Notes: generated from the sequence alone by a model not told the origin. A stretch of DNA of 64,000 nt from Thermoanaerobaculia bacterium (GCA_038245905.1 JBBRRY010000010.1:24325-88324); one strand, 5' to 3'. Shown: positions 48,333-57,151, numbered from the stretch's first letter. Program-made: numbers and translations.

Positions 48333-50182
48333 GCGCCGATGTTATCGAGGCGGGCCACGATCCGCGCAGCCGCCCGATCCCAGGTCCACGTGGACGCCAT
48401 CTCGGCCGCCGCGCGCCGGCCCTTTTCCGCGGCCTCTTCGCGGTTCTCGCACAGGCGGCGGAGCAGCGCACGAAGGTGGTCGGGGTCCGGATCGGCCCAC
48501 GAGAAGCCGTCGTAATACGGGCACACCGCCTGGGCGGGAATCGTGCCTCGCGTGGCGAGCGGGTAACAGATCCCCTCGTGTGCGAACTCGGTGTGGGCGC
48601 CCCAGTCCGTGGCGATCGTCGGGAGGCCGCACGCCATCGCTTCCATGAGCGGCATGTCCCAGCCCTCGCCGCGGCCCGCCGAGACGTAACAGTCGGCGGA
48701 GCGGTAGAGGGAGCCGAGCTCGGCGTACGAGAAGTCCCGGTTGTATACGAACGCGATCCGGCCCCCGAAGGGGTCGAGGCCGAGCGCGCGGACCTGTTCC
48801 TTGAGGTCGATGGTCCCGTCGCGGTGCATGACCTTGCAGACGAGGAGGACCGCGTCGCCGCTGCGGAAGGTCTCGTTGAAGACCCGCATGAGGAGCTCCG
48901 GCTGTTTTCTCTCGCCCCACTCGAAGTTCGAGAGGAACACGTAGTCGCCGTGGGGGTTGCGATGCTCCCGAATGCCGGGGTGGAAGTGGTCCACGTCGAC
49001 CCCGAGACCCATCACGTGGATGGGCTTTCGGACCCCGCAGCGGAGGAGCCCTTCGCGATTGAATCGCGTCGGAACCCACACCTCGTCCATCGCGTTCGCT
49101 TCCTCGACCCAGTCCGGGGGGAAGCCGTCCACCTCGAGCATCGTGTAGCCGATCCGATAGCGACCGCGGTTCCGGTGGAAGACGTCGCCCTGCCCATACA
49201 GGACGGAGACGTCCGGGCGCCGCGGCACCCCGCGGGCCGCGACGACGTCGAGGAGGTGGTCGCTCATCCCCTCGGGCTCGGGGACCGGAAAGGGGGTTCC
49301 GCGCCCGTAGACGTACTCGTATCCGACGCGGACGCCGGCGTGGTCCAGTGCACGGACGATCTCCCGGCTGCTCATCGCGTAACCGGTCGAGAAATTCATG
49401 ATGGACTGCCAGGAGAGTCGCCGCGAATAGCGCCCCTCGAGTGCGCCCCGCCAGCTCCGCGAAAAGGTCTTCCGGCTCTTCGAGAAGATCTTGCGGAAGA
49501 GGCCGGGTTTGTCGCCCGTCGAGCCGTGCTCGGCATGTACGATCGTGACGTCGCCGCAGCACAGCGTCCGAAACCCGGCCTTACGAGCGCGAAGGCAGAA
49601 GTCCGTGTCCTCGAAGTACGAGACGTAGTCCTCCGAAAGCCCTCCGAGGGCCGTCAGGGCCGCGCGTCGGACGTAGGCGCAGGCGAACACGACCCCTTCG
49701 ACGTCTCGCAGGCGCGCGTACTGGTTGACGTCGGCCTCGAGTGCCCCGATCTGCTGGCCCCACATCGTGTCCGGAAGGATGTACGTCCCGGCGTGGAGCA
49801 GGCGCCCGTTAGGGAGCACGAGGCGGCAGCCGACGATCCCGATGTCGGGCGCGGACACCGCTGCCGCCCGAAGCGTTTCGAGCCAGCCCGGCTGGTGGAT
49901 CTCCACGTCGTTGTTAAGGAGGACGACGTCGGACGCCGGATCGGCCGCCCGGATCCCCATGTTGTTGCCACGGACGTAGCCGAGGTTTCGTTCGTTGCGG
50001 ATGGTGCGGATCCACGGGATCGCGCGGAGTCGCTCGGGTGTCTCGTCCTCGGACCCGTTGTCCACGACGAGGACATCCACGGCCGACAGGTCGGTGTTCC
50101 GCCGGAGCGTCTCGAGACAGCGCTCGGTGAGCGGCCAGCGATTCCAGCAGAGGATGACGATCGTGACGCTGGGAGCCGTCAA
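48329..50182 (-). CDS. Bifunctional GT2 + GT4 glycosyltransferase
   Basis: N-terminal VVDNGSED, LLNNDV, YFEDTDFC; C-terminal ERKQPE, EGWDMPLMEAMACGLP. Confidence 0.88.
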   Translation of the reverse strand: MTAPSVTIVILCWNRWPLTERCLETLRRNTDLSAVDVLVVDNGSEDETPERLRAIPWIRTIRNERNLGYVRGNNMGIRAADPASDVVLLNNDVEIHQPGWLETLRAAAVSAPDIGIVGCRLVLPNGRLLHAGTYILPDTMWGQQIGALEADVNQYARLRDVEGVVFACAYVRRAALTALGGLSEDYVSYFEDTDFCLRARKAGFRTLCCGDVTIVHAEHGSTGDKPGLFRKIFSKSRKTFSRSWRGALEGRYSRRLSWQSIMNFSTGYAMSSREIVRALDHAGVRVGYEYVYGRGTPFPVPEPEGMSDHLLDVVAARGVPRRPDVSVLYGQGDVFHRNRGRYRIGYTMLEVDGFPPDWVEEANAMDEVWVPTRFNREGLLRCGVRKPIHVMGLGVDVDHFHPGIREHRNPHGDYVFLSNFEWGERKQPELLMRVFNETFRSGDAVLLVCKVMHRDGTIDLKEQVRALGLDPFGGRIAFVYNRDFSYAELGSLYRSADCYVSAGRGEGWDMPLMEAMACGLPTIATDWGAHTEFAHEGICYPLATRGTIPAQAVCPYYDGFSWADPDPDHLRALLRRLCENREEAAEKGRRAAAEMASTWTWDRAAARIVARLDNIGA

Positions 50183-50451
50183 ATCTTCTCCACGGGTGCG
50201 CTCCGCTCCCAGAGCGTTTCCAGCTCGTGCCGGACCGTCGAGGGAGTCAGGGTGCCGGCATCGAGCGTTCGGAGAAGCTCGGCGTACCAGAGATCGTGGT
50301 CGCCTTCCCGGGGCGCCGCAACGGGTCCCGTGAGGATCGAGAGCTCGTCGGCGGGCAGGTGCGTCACGAGCGCGTGAAGCCTCGCGCGCAGCTCGCCGGC
50401 AACGCGCTCGAGCTCGTCGGCCCGGGCCTTCCAGTAGAGGGCTTCGCTCAT
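50179..50451 (-). CDS. Small hypothetical protein (90 aa)
   Basis: MSEALYWKARADELERVAGEL...; lies between the coiled-coil gene and the GT2-GT4 gene, overlapping the latter. Confidence 0.6.
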   Translation of the reverse strand: MSEALYWKARADELERVAGELRARLHALVTHLPADELSILTGPVAAPREGDHDLWYAELLRTLDAGTLTPSTVRHELETLWERSAPVEKI

Positions 50452-50461
50452 CGGTTTCCGC

Positions 50462-50755
50462 CTACCAGCGGCGACCCATGACGCCGCGCAGCCACTGCGC
50501 GGCCTTCCAGGCGTTCGAGGCGTGAATGGCAACGATGTAACGCTCGCGCTCGTCGAGGCGATTGCGCAGGGAGGCCCGAAGCGTCTCGCTCTCGACGAAC
50601 CGGTGTTCGACCCTCCGGATCTCGCTCTGGAGCCGTTCGATCACGTGGCGCGCCTGCTCGACCGCAAACGTCTGCTCGTCGAGTCGAACCTGGGCCTGGG
50701 CGAGCCGTTCGATAGCCAGGGCGTCGGTGGTCGGGATAGGTGTCTGCTCGCTCAT
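50462..50755 (-). CDS. Coiled-coil protein with C-terminal amphipathic helix (97 aa)
   Basis: Heptad region followed by IHASNAWKAAQWLRGVMGRRW. Confidence 0.7.
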   Translation of the reverse strand: MSEQTPIPTTDALAIERLAQAQVRLDEQTFAVEQARHVIERLQSEIRRVEHRFVESETLRASLRNRLDERERYIVAIHASNAWKAAQWLRGVMGRRW

Positions 50756-50835
50756 TTTTGCCCGGGATCCTGCGCGGTCGCGAGAGCCCGGAATCGCGAC
50801 CGATTGTAACGGAGGCGCGGTTAAACTCCCGGCCC

Positions 50836-51660
50836 ATGCCAGACGCATCCGTCGTCTACGACTCAGGCGCCCGGCGGCTTCGCTGGGTCGAGGAGGCCGT
50901 CGAGCTCTGGCGGTACCGCCACCTCGTGGCCGAGCTCGTCGCGCGCGACATCAAGGTCCGGTACAAGAGGTCCGTCCTCGGCGTGGCGTGGACCATGTTG
51001 AGCCCCCTCCTGAACATGCTCGCGATGACGTGGGTCTTCTCTCTCGTCATGCGCATGGACGTGAAGAACTTCCCAGTCTACTTCCTGACGGGCTCGATCT
51101 TCTGGGCGTTCTTCGCGGGTGCGACGAGCCACGCGGCATCTCTCACGATCGACGCGATGGAGATCACGAAGCGTGTGTACATCCCGCGGTCGGTCTTCGT
51201 CGTCTCGGCCGTCGGCGTCGCGCTCGTAAACCTCGTCCTCTCCCTCGTCCCGCTGTTCCTCATCGTCGTCGCCACCGGGTTCCCGGTCCACGCCTCGTGG
51301 CTGTTCGTCCCGGTCTCCATCCTGATCGGCGCGCTCTTCACGACGGGCGTCGGCCTCATCGTCTTCACGATGGCCTCGCGCTTCGTCGACGTGAAAGAGA
51401 CTTACCTCGTCATGGTGCAGGCGTGGTTCTTCGTGACGCCGATCGTCTACACGCAGTCCATGGTCCCAGAGCGGTACCGCTTCATCGTCCGGTACAACCC
51501 GATGACCTATCTCGTCGAGGTTTTCCGGGCTCCGCTCTACGACGGCTGGCTCCCGGGCCCGAAGACTCTCGCGTTCGCGGCCCTCGCCGCGGTCTCGGCC
51601 CTCGTCGTGGGGTGGCTCTTCTACTCGTCCCGCATCGAGGAGTACGGCTGTGGGAGCTGA
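50836..51660 (+). CDS. wzm: Polysaccharide ABC exporter permease (Wzm/RfbA-like)
   Basis: RDIKVRYKRSVLG..W..LSPL, FVTPIVY, YNPMTYLVEVFR. Confidence 0.9.
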   Translation: MPDASVVYDSGARRLRWVEEAVELWRYRHLVAELVARDIKVRYKRSVLGVAWTMLSPLLNMLAMTWVFSLVMRMDVKNFPVYFLTGSIFWAFFAGATSHAASLTIDAMEITKRVYIPRSVFVVSAVGVALVNLVLSLVPLFLIVVATGFPVHASWLFVPVSILIGALFTTGVGLIVFTMASRFVDVKETYLVMVQAWFFVTPIVYTQSMVPERYRFIVRYNPMTYLVEVFRAPLYDGWLPGPKTLAFAALAAVSALVVGWLFYSSRIEEYGCGS

Positions 51661-52417
51661 CGCTGCGGGAGCCGGGCCCGCCGTCGAGCTCTCAGCCGTC
51701 TCCGTCAGCTACCGGATCCCGAAAGAAGCCGTCCAGACGTTCAAGGAGTACGCGATCCGCAAGCTCCAGGGCCGGATCGAGCACGGCGAGCTCGTCGCCC
51801 TCCGCGACGCCACCCTGACGGTCCGCCAAGGCGAGCGCGTGGGCGTGATCGGGCCGAACGGCGCCGGCAAGAGCACGCTCTTCCGTGTCATCGCCCGGGT
51901 ACGGAGGCCGAGCCGAGGCCGTGTCGTCGTGCGTGGCCGGGTCGCGCCTCTCCTCGAGCTGGGGCTCGGCTTCCACGGAGAGCTCACGGGCCGGGAGAAC
52001 GTGATCCTGCATGGAGCCGTGATGGGCCATTCCCGTCGGGACATGGAGAGCCGGATGGCGTCCATCGTGGAGTTCGCCGAGCTCGAGGCCTTCCTCGACG
52101 CGCCGCTTCGCACGTACTCCACGGGGATGGCGGCCCGCCTCGCGTTTTCGGTCGCGACCGATGTCGACCCCGACATTCTCCTCGTGGACGAGGCGCTCGT
52201 GGTCGGGGACGAGCGCTTCCAGACCAAGTGCCATGAGCGGATGGCGGGCTTTCACGCGCGCGGGAAGACGTTTCTCCTCGTCTCGCACTCCCTCGAGGAG
52301 ATCACTTCGAACTGTACGCGCGCCATCTGGATCTCCGGGGGCCTCGTGATGCAAGACGGCCCCGCAGCCGACGTGTGCGCCGCGTACCACGCCTGGGCGT
52401 CCGGCGGAGCGGCGTAG
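51650..52417 (+). CDS. wzt: Polysaccharide ABC exporter ATPase (Wzt-like, no C-terminal CBM)
   Basis: GPNGAGKST, LTGREN, YSTGMAARLAFS, LLVDEAL.VGD..F..KC, LVSH; 255 aa. Confidence 0.9.
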   Translation: MGADAAGAGPAVELSAVSVSYRIPKEAVQTFKEYAIRKLQGRIEHGELVALRDATLTVRQGERVGVIGPNGAGKSTLFRVIARVRRPSRGRVVVRGRVAPLLELGLGFHGELTGRENVILHGAVMGHSRRDMESRMASIVEFAELEAFLDAPLRTYSTGMAARLAFSVATDVDPDILLVDEALVVGDERFQTKCHERMAGFHARGKTFLLVSHSLEEITSNCTRAIWISGGLVMQDGPAADVCAAYHAWASGGAA

Positions 52418-52421
52418 TTCC

Positions 52422-54764
52422 TTAGAGACCGACGGCGTAACGCGTCGGGAGAAGCGTCACCGCCGTCCAGAGGTGGAGGACGACGAGGACGCGGAGCGCG
52501 ATCGCGAGAGCCCGCTCGCGGCCCTGCCCGGTCACGCGCGCGAGGACGGGTAGCGCCGCGAGCGGCAGGAGCGGCAGGATGAACCGCCCCCATGGGTTCG
52601 ACGGGCTGAGATACCGCAGGCTGTTCGTCACGACGCAGACCGAGAGCGCGTAGCCCGACACGACGAGGAGCAGGGGAGACGCCGCGAGCCGCTTCGTCGT
52701 GAACCGCACGGAGAGCACCGGGAGTGCGACGAAGAGCACGACAGAGGCCCAGCGCGCGAGCGCGTAAACGGCGGCTGGATACCACGTGTCGCCGCTGCCG
52801 AACACGCCCCAGTACATCTTCCAGAAGAGTGTGTCCTGATCCCATGAGAGATTGTTCGACCAGAACGAGCGCCAGTGCGCTGCGGCCTCGTCGGCGAAGT
52901 CGAGCCGCACGTACTCGAACGGCACGATCGAATGTGGCGTCGCGAAGGCCATCGCGACGACGAGCGCCGCGCCGGCGGCCGTCCGCGCGCGGGAGAGCCG
53001 GATGCGGGTTGTTTCCGGTAGGCCCCGGCTCGAGATCGAGAAGAGCGCCATGAGCAGCGCGGCGACGAACGGCACGGCGGCGACGGCCGCGATGACCGCG
53101 ACCGTGGGGTCTCCCGGGCTCGACAACTCCCTCGGGACACGGGCGGCGAAAGCGACGTAGAACCGCCGGAACGCGCCGGAGGCGAGCGCCCAGGCGAGCG
53201 CGAGGGCGACCACACCGCCGGCCGCCATGGACAACGCGACACCGAACCGGTGGAGGCGTGGCTCGGCGCGCCGCGTCAGAGCGAGGAGCCCGGCCGTCGA
53301 GAGGACGATCGTCGCCGGCGCAGCGAGAAAGATGAAATCGTCCCACACGCCCACGCCCAGCCATGCGACCGCGACGAGCAGAAAGCCCGCTTCCACGCGC
53401 GGGCGCGGGTGGCCCGAGAGGACGAGCGCGAGCAGGCAGGCTGCGAGGAGGCTCCCGATTCCGATCGCGAGCGAGTAGTTCGAGCAGCTCGCCACGATCG
53501 CGACCATGAAGGGCACGAGCGCGACGAGGCCGTACAGGAGCGCGATCTCGTCGCCGAGGCCGTTCCGCCTGAGCACGGCGAGCCCCCCGAGAAAGAGCAG
53601 AAGCGACAGGCAGGCTGAAAGGACGACGTACGCCTCGAGGCGGTTCAGGACGGAGAGGCGCCTGAGAAAGGGGGATCCCGAAGCGAGCGCATGGTAGTAG
53701 AGCGGCGCCCGGGAGTTCGGCGAGATGAGGAAGAAGTCGGTCGTCGCGGTCGCCCGTCGATTCGCCTCGGCGCTCAGGGACGACTCAAGAACGGACGCGA
53801 CAGAAGCCCGTGCCTCGGGCCCCGCAAGCGGCACCGGGGCCGACGGATTGCCCGCCCAGCGCGGGTATTCAAGGGCGCTCGCTACCTTCGCGAAAGACTC
53901 CGGATACCCGATGCCGGACTCGGGCGTGAGAACTCCCGATACGAGGGCCTCCACGGTCCCGGCGTGGGCGGGGCCGTCCTCCCCTTGAAACGGTGCGAGC
54001 GAGCAGGCGTGTAGCAACACAACGCCCGGGACGAGGCACGCAACGGCGCGTGCAAACCGACGCTCCCCCAGCCAGAACCAACCCGCGAAGAGGAGGACGA
54101 GCGCCAGGATCCCCGCCGCCTGCAAGACGCCGCTCGCGCCTACGAAGAAGAAGGCCCGCGCGAGCGTTTCCACCGGCGCGACGGGCTCACCGACGACGAA
54201 TCGATACCGGATGATCCCACGCGAGGGCCGCGCGAGCGGCGAGTCCGGCCGGCGCAGGCGGAACCCCTTGAAGTCCTCGGACTTCGGGAAATAGGGTTCT
54301 GCGAAACCGAAGGGCGCCGGCACGAGGCCCAGCACCTGGATCTCCACGCGGCTCGTATCGTCGGGCATCGGCCCGAGGTCGACCCAACCGCGGTCCGCGA
54401 CGATTTGCAGATGCTCGCGGCCGGCGAGGATATCCGTGATCGAGACGCCGGTGTCCGGGTGACCCGAGCGCACGACGAGGAGGCGGGTCGTGCCCTCGGA
54501 AGCGAGCTGGACCTGAAGCCGTGCTCCGGCTGGCGCGCGCGCGCCCCCCTCTTCGGATCTGACGAACGTGAGATCGAAGATGTGGCCGGGGCTTGCGGTC
54601 GGGTGCCAGAGGTCGACGTCGCGATAGGGACCCGAGAGCTCGGGGACCGGGAGGTTCGTCGCGATCGTCTTTGTGGCACGAGAGCCGTTCCAGACGAGGT
54701 GCCCGAGGCAAGCCAGGAGGATCCCGGCGAGCGTGAGGCATTGGAGCGAGCGCTGCTTGAGCAC
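52422..54764 (-). CDS. Large multi-TM membrane protein (DUF2142/GT-C-like)
   Basis: N-terminal periplasmic domain, APFQGEDGPAH, APLYY, many TMs, YWGVFG, GRFILP. Confidence 0.6.
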   Translation of the reverse strand: MLKQRSLQCLTLAGILLACLGHLVWNGSRATKTIATNLPVPELSGPYRDVDLWHPTASPGHIFDLTFVRSEEGGARAPAGARLQVQLASEGTTRLLVVRSGHPDTGVSITDILAGREHLQIVADRGWVDLGPMPDDTSRVEIQVLGLVPAPFGFAEPYFPKSEDFKGFRLRRPDSPLARPSRGIIRYRFVVGEPVAPVETLARAFFFVGASGVLQAAGILALVLLFAGWFWLGERRFARAVACLVPGVVLLHACSLAPFQGEDGPAHAGTVEALVSGVLTPESGIGYPESFAKVASALEYPRWAGNPSAPVPLAGPEARASVASVLESSLSAEANRRATATTDFFLISPNSRAPLYYHALASGSPFLRRLSVLNRLEAYVVLSACLSLLLFLGGLAVLRRNGLGDEIALLYGLVALVPFMVAIVASCSNYSLAIGIGSLLAACLLALVLSGHPRPRVEAGFLLVAVAWLGVGVWDDFIFLAAPATIVLSTAGLLALTRRAEPRLHRFGVALSMAAGGVVALALAWALASGAFRRFYVAFAARVPRELSSPGDPTVAVIAAVAAVPFVAALLMALFSISSRGLPETTRIRLSRARTAAGAALVVAMAFATPHSIVPFEYVRLDFADEAAAHWRSFWSNNLSWDQDTLFWKMYWGVFGSGDTWYPAAVYALARWASVVLFVALPVLSVRFTTKRLAASPLLLVVSGYALSVCVVTNSLRYLSPSNPWGRFILPLLPLAALPVLARVTGQGRERALAIALRVLVVLHLWTAVTLLPTRYAVGL

Positions 54765-54802
54765 GAGCTGCGTGGGAGTCTACGGCCTGGCCATACGGCA
54801 GC

Positions 54803-55191
54803 CCGCCGGTCGAGCCAGGGCCGCATCGTCGTGCGCGGCCGCGTCGCCCCGCTCCTCGAGCTCGGTCTCGGGTTCCACGGAGAGCTCACGGGGCGCGAGA
54901 ACGTGATCCTGCACGAGGCCGTCATGGGTTACTCCCGTAAGGACATGGAGAGCCGGATGGGGTTCGCTCGCGGTCGGCGACGAGCGCTTCCGCGCGAAGT
55001 GCCGCGACCGCATGGCGAGCTTTCGCGAGCGCGGCAAGACGTTTCTCCGCGTCTCGCACGCGCTCGCCGAAGTCGTCGACTCCTGCCAGCGTGCGATCTG
55101 GATCTCCGAGGGTTCCGTCGTGAACGACGGTCCCGCCGGCGACGTCTGCGCCGCGTACCTCGCCTGGGCCCAGGGCGGTGCGCCGGCGTAA
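54803..55191 (+). pseudogene. Decayed wzt paralog (5' part missing; internal deletion of signature/Walker B region)
   Basis: GRIVVRGRVAPLLELGLGFHGELTGRENVILHEAVMGYSRKDMESRM, then a jump with frame change to VGDERFRAKCRDRM...DVCAAYLAWAQGGAPA-TAA; the equivalent of ~52060-52193 is absent. Confidence 0.85.
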
Positions 55192-55194
55192 GCT
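55179..55194 (+). repeat. 16-bp direct repeat TGCGCCGGCGTAAGCT (copy 1; contains a TAAGCT -10-like box)
   Basis: Identical to 56084-56099; both lie 6-8 nt before the small gene of a two-gene module. Confidence 0.8.
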
Positions 55195-55202
55195 GGCAGC
55201 GC

Positions 55203-55460
55203 ATGGCGAGCTTCCGTCCGGCCGACACGTCCGAGAGCGCGTGGGAGCTCACGCGGGCGGCTCACGCGCGCCTGGGGCCGGAGGGCCGGCTTCGGGCGGC
55301 ATTCGACGCATCGGAGTTTGTGCGATCCATCGCGCGCGACGGCATTCGGTCCCGGCATCCGGGCTATGACGACCTCCAAATCGACCGTTCTCTCTTTCGG
55401 CTGATCTACGGCGAGGCGCTTTTCCGGAGGGTGTTCCCGGGCATCGACGAAGGACTGTGA
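55203..55460 (+). CDS. Small helical protein, partner of the downstream nucleotidyltransferase
   Basis: MASFRPADTSESAW...LGPEGRLRAAF...GIRSRHP; GTGA overlap with the next gene. Confidence 0.7.
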   Translation: MASFRPADTSESAWELTRAAHARLGPEGRLRAAFDASEFVRSIARDGIRSRHPGYDDLQIDRSLFRLIYGEALFRRVFPGIDEGL

Positions 55461-56032
55461 GCGCAGTGAGCGCGCCGGCGGCGTTTCTCCGCGCTCTCGC
55501 CGAGAAGCTTCGGGACGCGGGCGTGCCCTGGATGCTGACCGGCTCGGCGGCGTCGTCCTACTACGGCGAACCGCGGGCCACGAACGACCTCGACATCGTC
55601 GTGGATCCGACGCCTGCCCAGATCGAGGCATTTGCCGCATCGCTCTCCGGCCCGCTTTACGTCAGCCGGGAAGAAGTACGCGAGGCGCTCGCGGCGCGCG
55701 GCATGTTCAACGTCATCGATCCGCAATCGGGGTGGAAGGCCGACGTCATCTTCGTCCGGGATCGGGATTTCGACCGGATCGAATTCGAGCGCAGGCGCGC
55801 CGCGCACATCTTCGGCCTCGACGTCTACGTCATTTCGCCCGAAGGTTCCATATTGTCAAAGCTCGAGTGGGCCCGGCGCGGAGGCTCCGACCGCCAGCTC
55901 CGGGACGCGGCGGCAGTCCTGGCAGCGAACCGCGAGACGCTTGACATCGAATACCTTCATCGGCAGGCGCGCGAGCTGGGCGTGGGCGATGCTCTCGGGC
56001 TGCTGCTGGGGAAAGCGAGCTCCGATGGGTGA
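55457..56032 (+). CDS. Pol-beta superfamily nucleotidyltransferase (DUF6036/AbiEii-like)
   Basis: GSAASSYYGEPRATNDLDIVV, KADV, SPEGSILSKL...DRQLRD. Confidence 0.75.
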   Translation: MSAVSAPAAFLRALAEKLRDAGVPWMLTGSAASSYYGEPRATNDLDIVVDPTPAQIEAFAASLSGPLYVSREEVREALAARGMFNVIDPQSGWKADVIFVRDRDFDRIEFERRRAAHIFGLDVYVISPEGSILSKLEWARRGGSDRQLRDAAAVLAANRETLDIEYLHRQARELGVGDALGLLLGKASSDG

Positions 56033-56083
56033 GGCTCGGTCCGTCACTTGACGTCTCGCGGCTGCTCTGGAGCACGCGCCGGT

Positions 56084-56099
56084 TGCGCCGGCGTAAGCT
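56084..56099 (+). repeat. 16-bp direct repeat TGCGCCGGCGTAAGCT (copy 2)
   Basis: Identical to 55179-55194. Confidence 0.8.
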
Positions 56100-56105
56100 A
56101 GTGCC

Positions 56106-56306
56106 GTGAGCCCTATCCCCGACGCGCCGCCTCTCCCGAAGGCCGATTTCGACCGGTACATCGAGGAGATGAAGAAGGACGTCGATCGGACGCTCATCCG
56201 CGAGAATCTGAAGCTGACGGTTGAGGAGCGGCTCGTCGCGCTCATGAGGCTTCAGGAGTTCGCGGAAGAGCTTCGGCGCGCCGGCCGCGCCGCGTTTGGC
56301 CGATGA
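56106..56306 (+). CDS. Small protein (DVDRTLIRENLKLTVEERL), partner of the downstream nucleotidyltransferase
   Basis: 66 aa; ATGA overlap with the next gene. Confidence 0.7.
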   Translation: MSPIPDAPPLPKADFDRYIEEMKKDVDRTLIRENLKLTVEERLVALMRLQEFAEELRRAGRAAFGR

Positions 56307-56782
56307 CCGACTTCCCCGGCCTGCTGCAATCGCTTCAGCGAGAACGCGTGTCCTTCATCGTGATTGGCGGCGCGGCCGCAACCGCGCACGGGTCGCCTCG
56401 CCTCACTCTCGATGTCGTCTACGACCGGCGCCCCGAAAATGTAGAACGCCTGGTCATCGCAATCCGGCCGTTCAAGCCGACCCTGCGTGGCGCTCCGGAG
56501 GGCATTCCCTTCGTCTGGGACGAACGAACAATCAGCTCCGGCCTCAACTTCACACTCTCGACCTCGCTCGGCGCGCTCGACCTCCTCGGAGAAGTGTCCG
56601 GGGGCGGGCGTTACGAGGATCTCGAGAAGGAAACAGAGACCATTCGCGTCTTCGGCGTCGACTGCCTCTGCGTCACCCTGGACGCGCTGATCCGGCTCAA
56701 GCGTGCCGCCGGCCGCCGCAAGGATCTCGAAGCAATCGCCGAGCTCGAGGTGATCCGGGAAGAACGCGAGCGCCGTCCCTAG
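56303..56782 (+). CDS. Nucleotidyltransferase-like protein (DxD motif appears reduced)
   Basis: IGGAAATAHGSPRLTLDVVY, GALDLL, LIRLKRAAGRRKDL. Confidence 0.7.
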   Translation: MTDFPGLLQSLQRERVSFIVIGGAAATAHGSPRLTLDVVYDRRPENVERLVIAIRPFKPTLRGAPEGIPFVWDERTISSGLNFTLSTSLGALDLLGEVSGGGRYEDLEKETETIRVFGVDCLCVTLDALIRLKRAAGRRKDLEAIAELEVIREERERRP

Positions 56783-56833
56783 GCGGCGGCATTCTCGCGT
56801 CGATCCGCGCTCGTTCAGTCGAGCGGCCTCGAA

Positions 56834-56880
56834 GTGATGCGATGTGCGCTTCAGCATCACATTGGCTGATGCTATGATGC
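56834..56880. promoter_or_regulatory. Repeated/inverted TGATGC boxes (putative antitoxin operator) with TATGAT -10
   Basis: GTGATGC at 56834, GCATCAC at 56854, TGATGC at 56867 and 56875; TATGAT (56873-56878) is 6 nt before the GTG. Confidence 0.6.
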
Positions 56881-56884
56881 CTAA

Positions 56885-57151
56885 GTGCGTACGACGACGC
56901 GTATCGACGACGACCTCCTCGACGAGCTGAGGGAGCAGGCCCGGAAACAGAGAACGCCGCTTACGAAGGTGCTCAACCGGACGCTGCGCGCGGGTCTGTC
57001 CGCCTCCCACGGCCGCACCCGGCGGACGGCCCGCCACTACGAGAAGACCTACGCCATGGGGCGACCCCGAATCAACCTCGGGAAGGCGCTCGCGGTGGCG
57101 ACCCGGCTGGAGGACGATGAGATTCTCCGCAAGCTGATGCTTCGCAAATGA
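56885..57151 (+). CDS. vapB: VapB-like (RHH) antitoxin
   Basis: MRTTTRIDDDLL...LN..LRAGL...LEDDE; ATGA overlap with the PIN gene. Confidence 0.82.
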   Translation: MRTTTRIDDDLLDELREQARKQRTPLTKVLNRTLRAGLSASHGRTRRTARHYEKTYAMGRPRINLGKALAVATRLEDDEILRKLMLRK

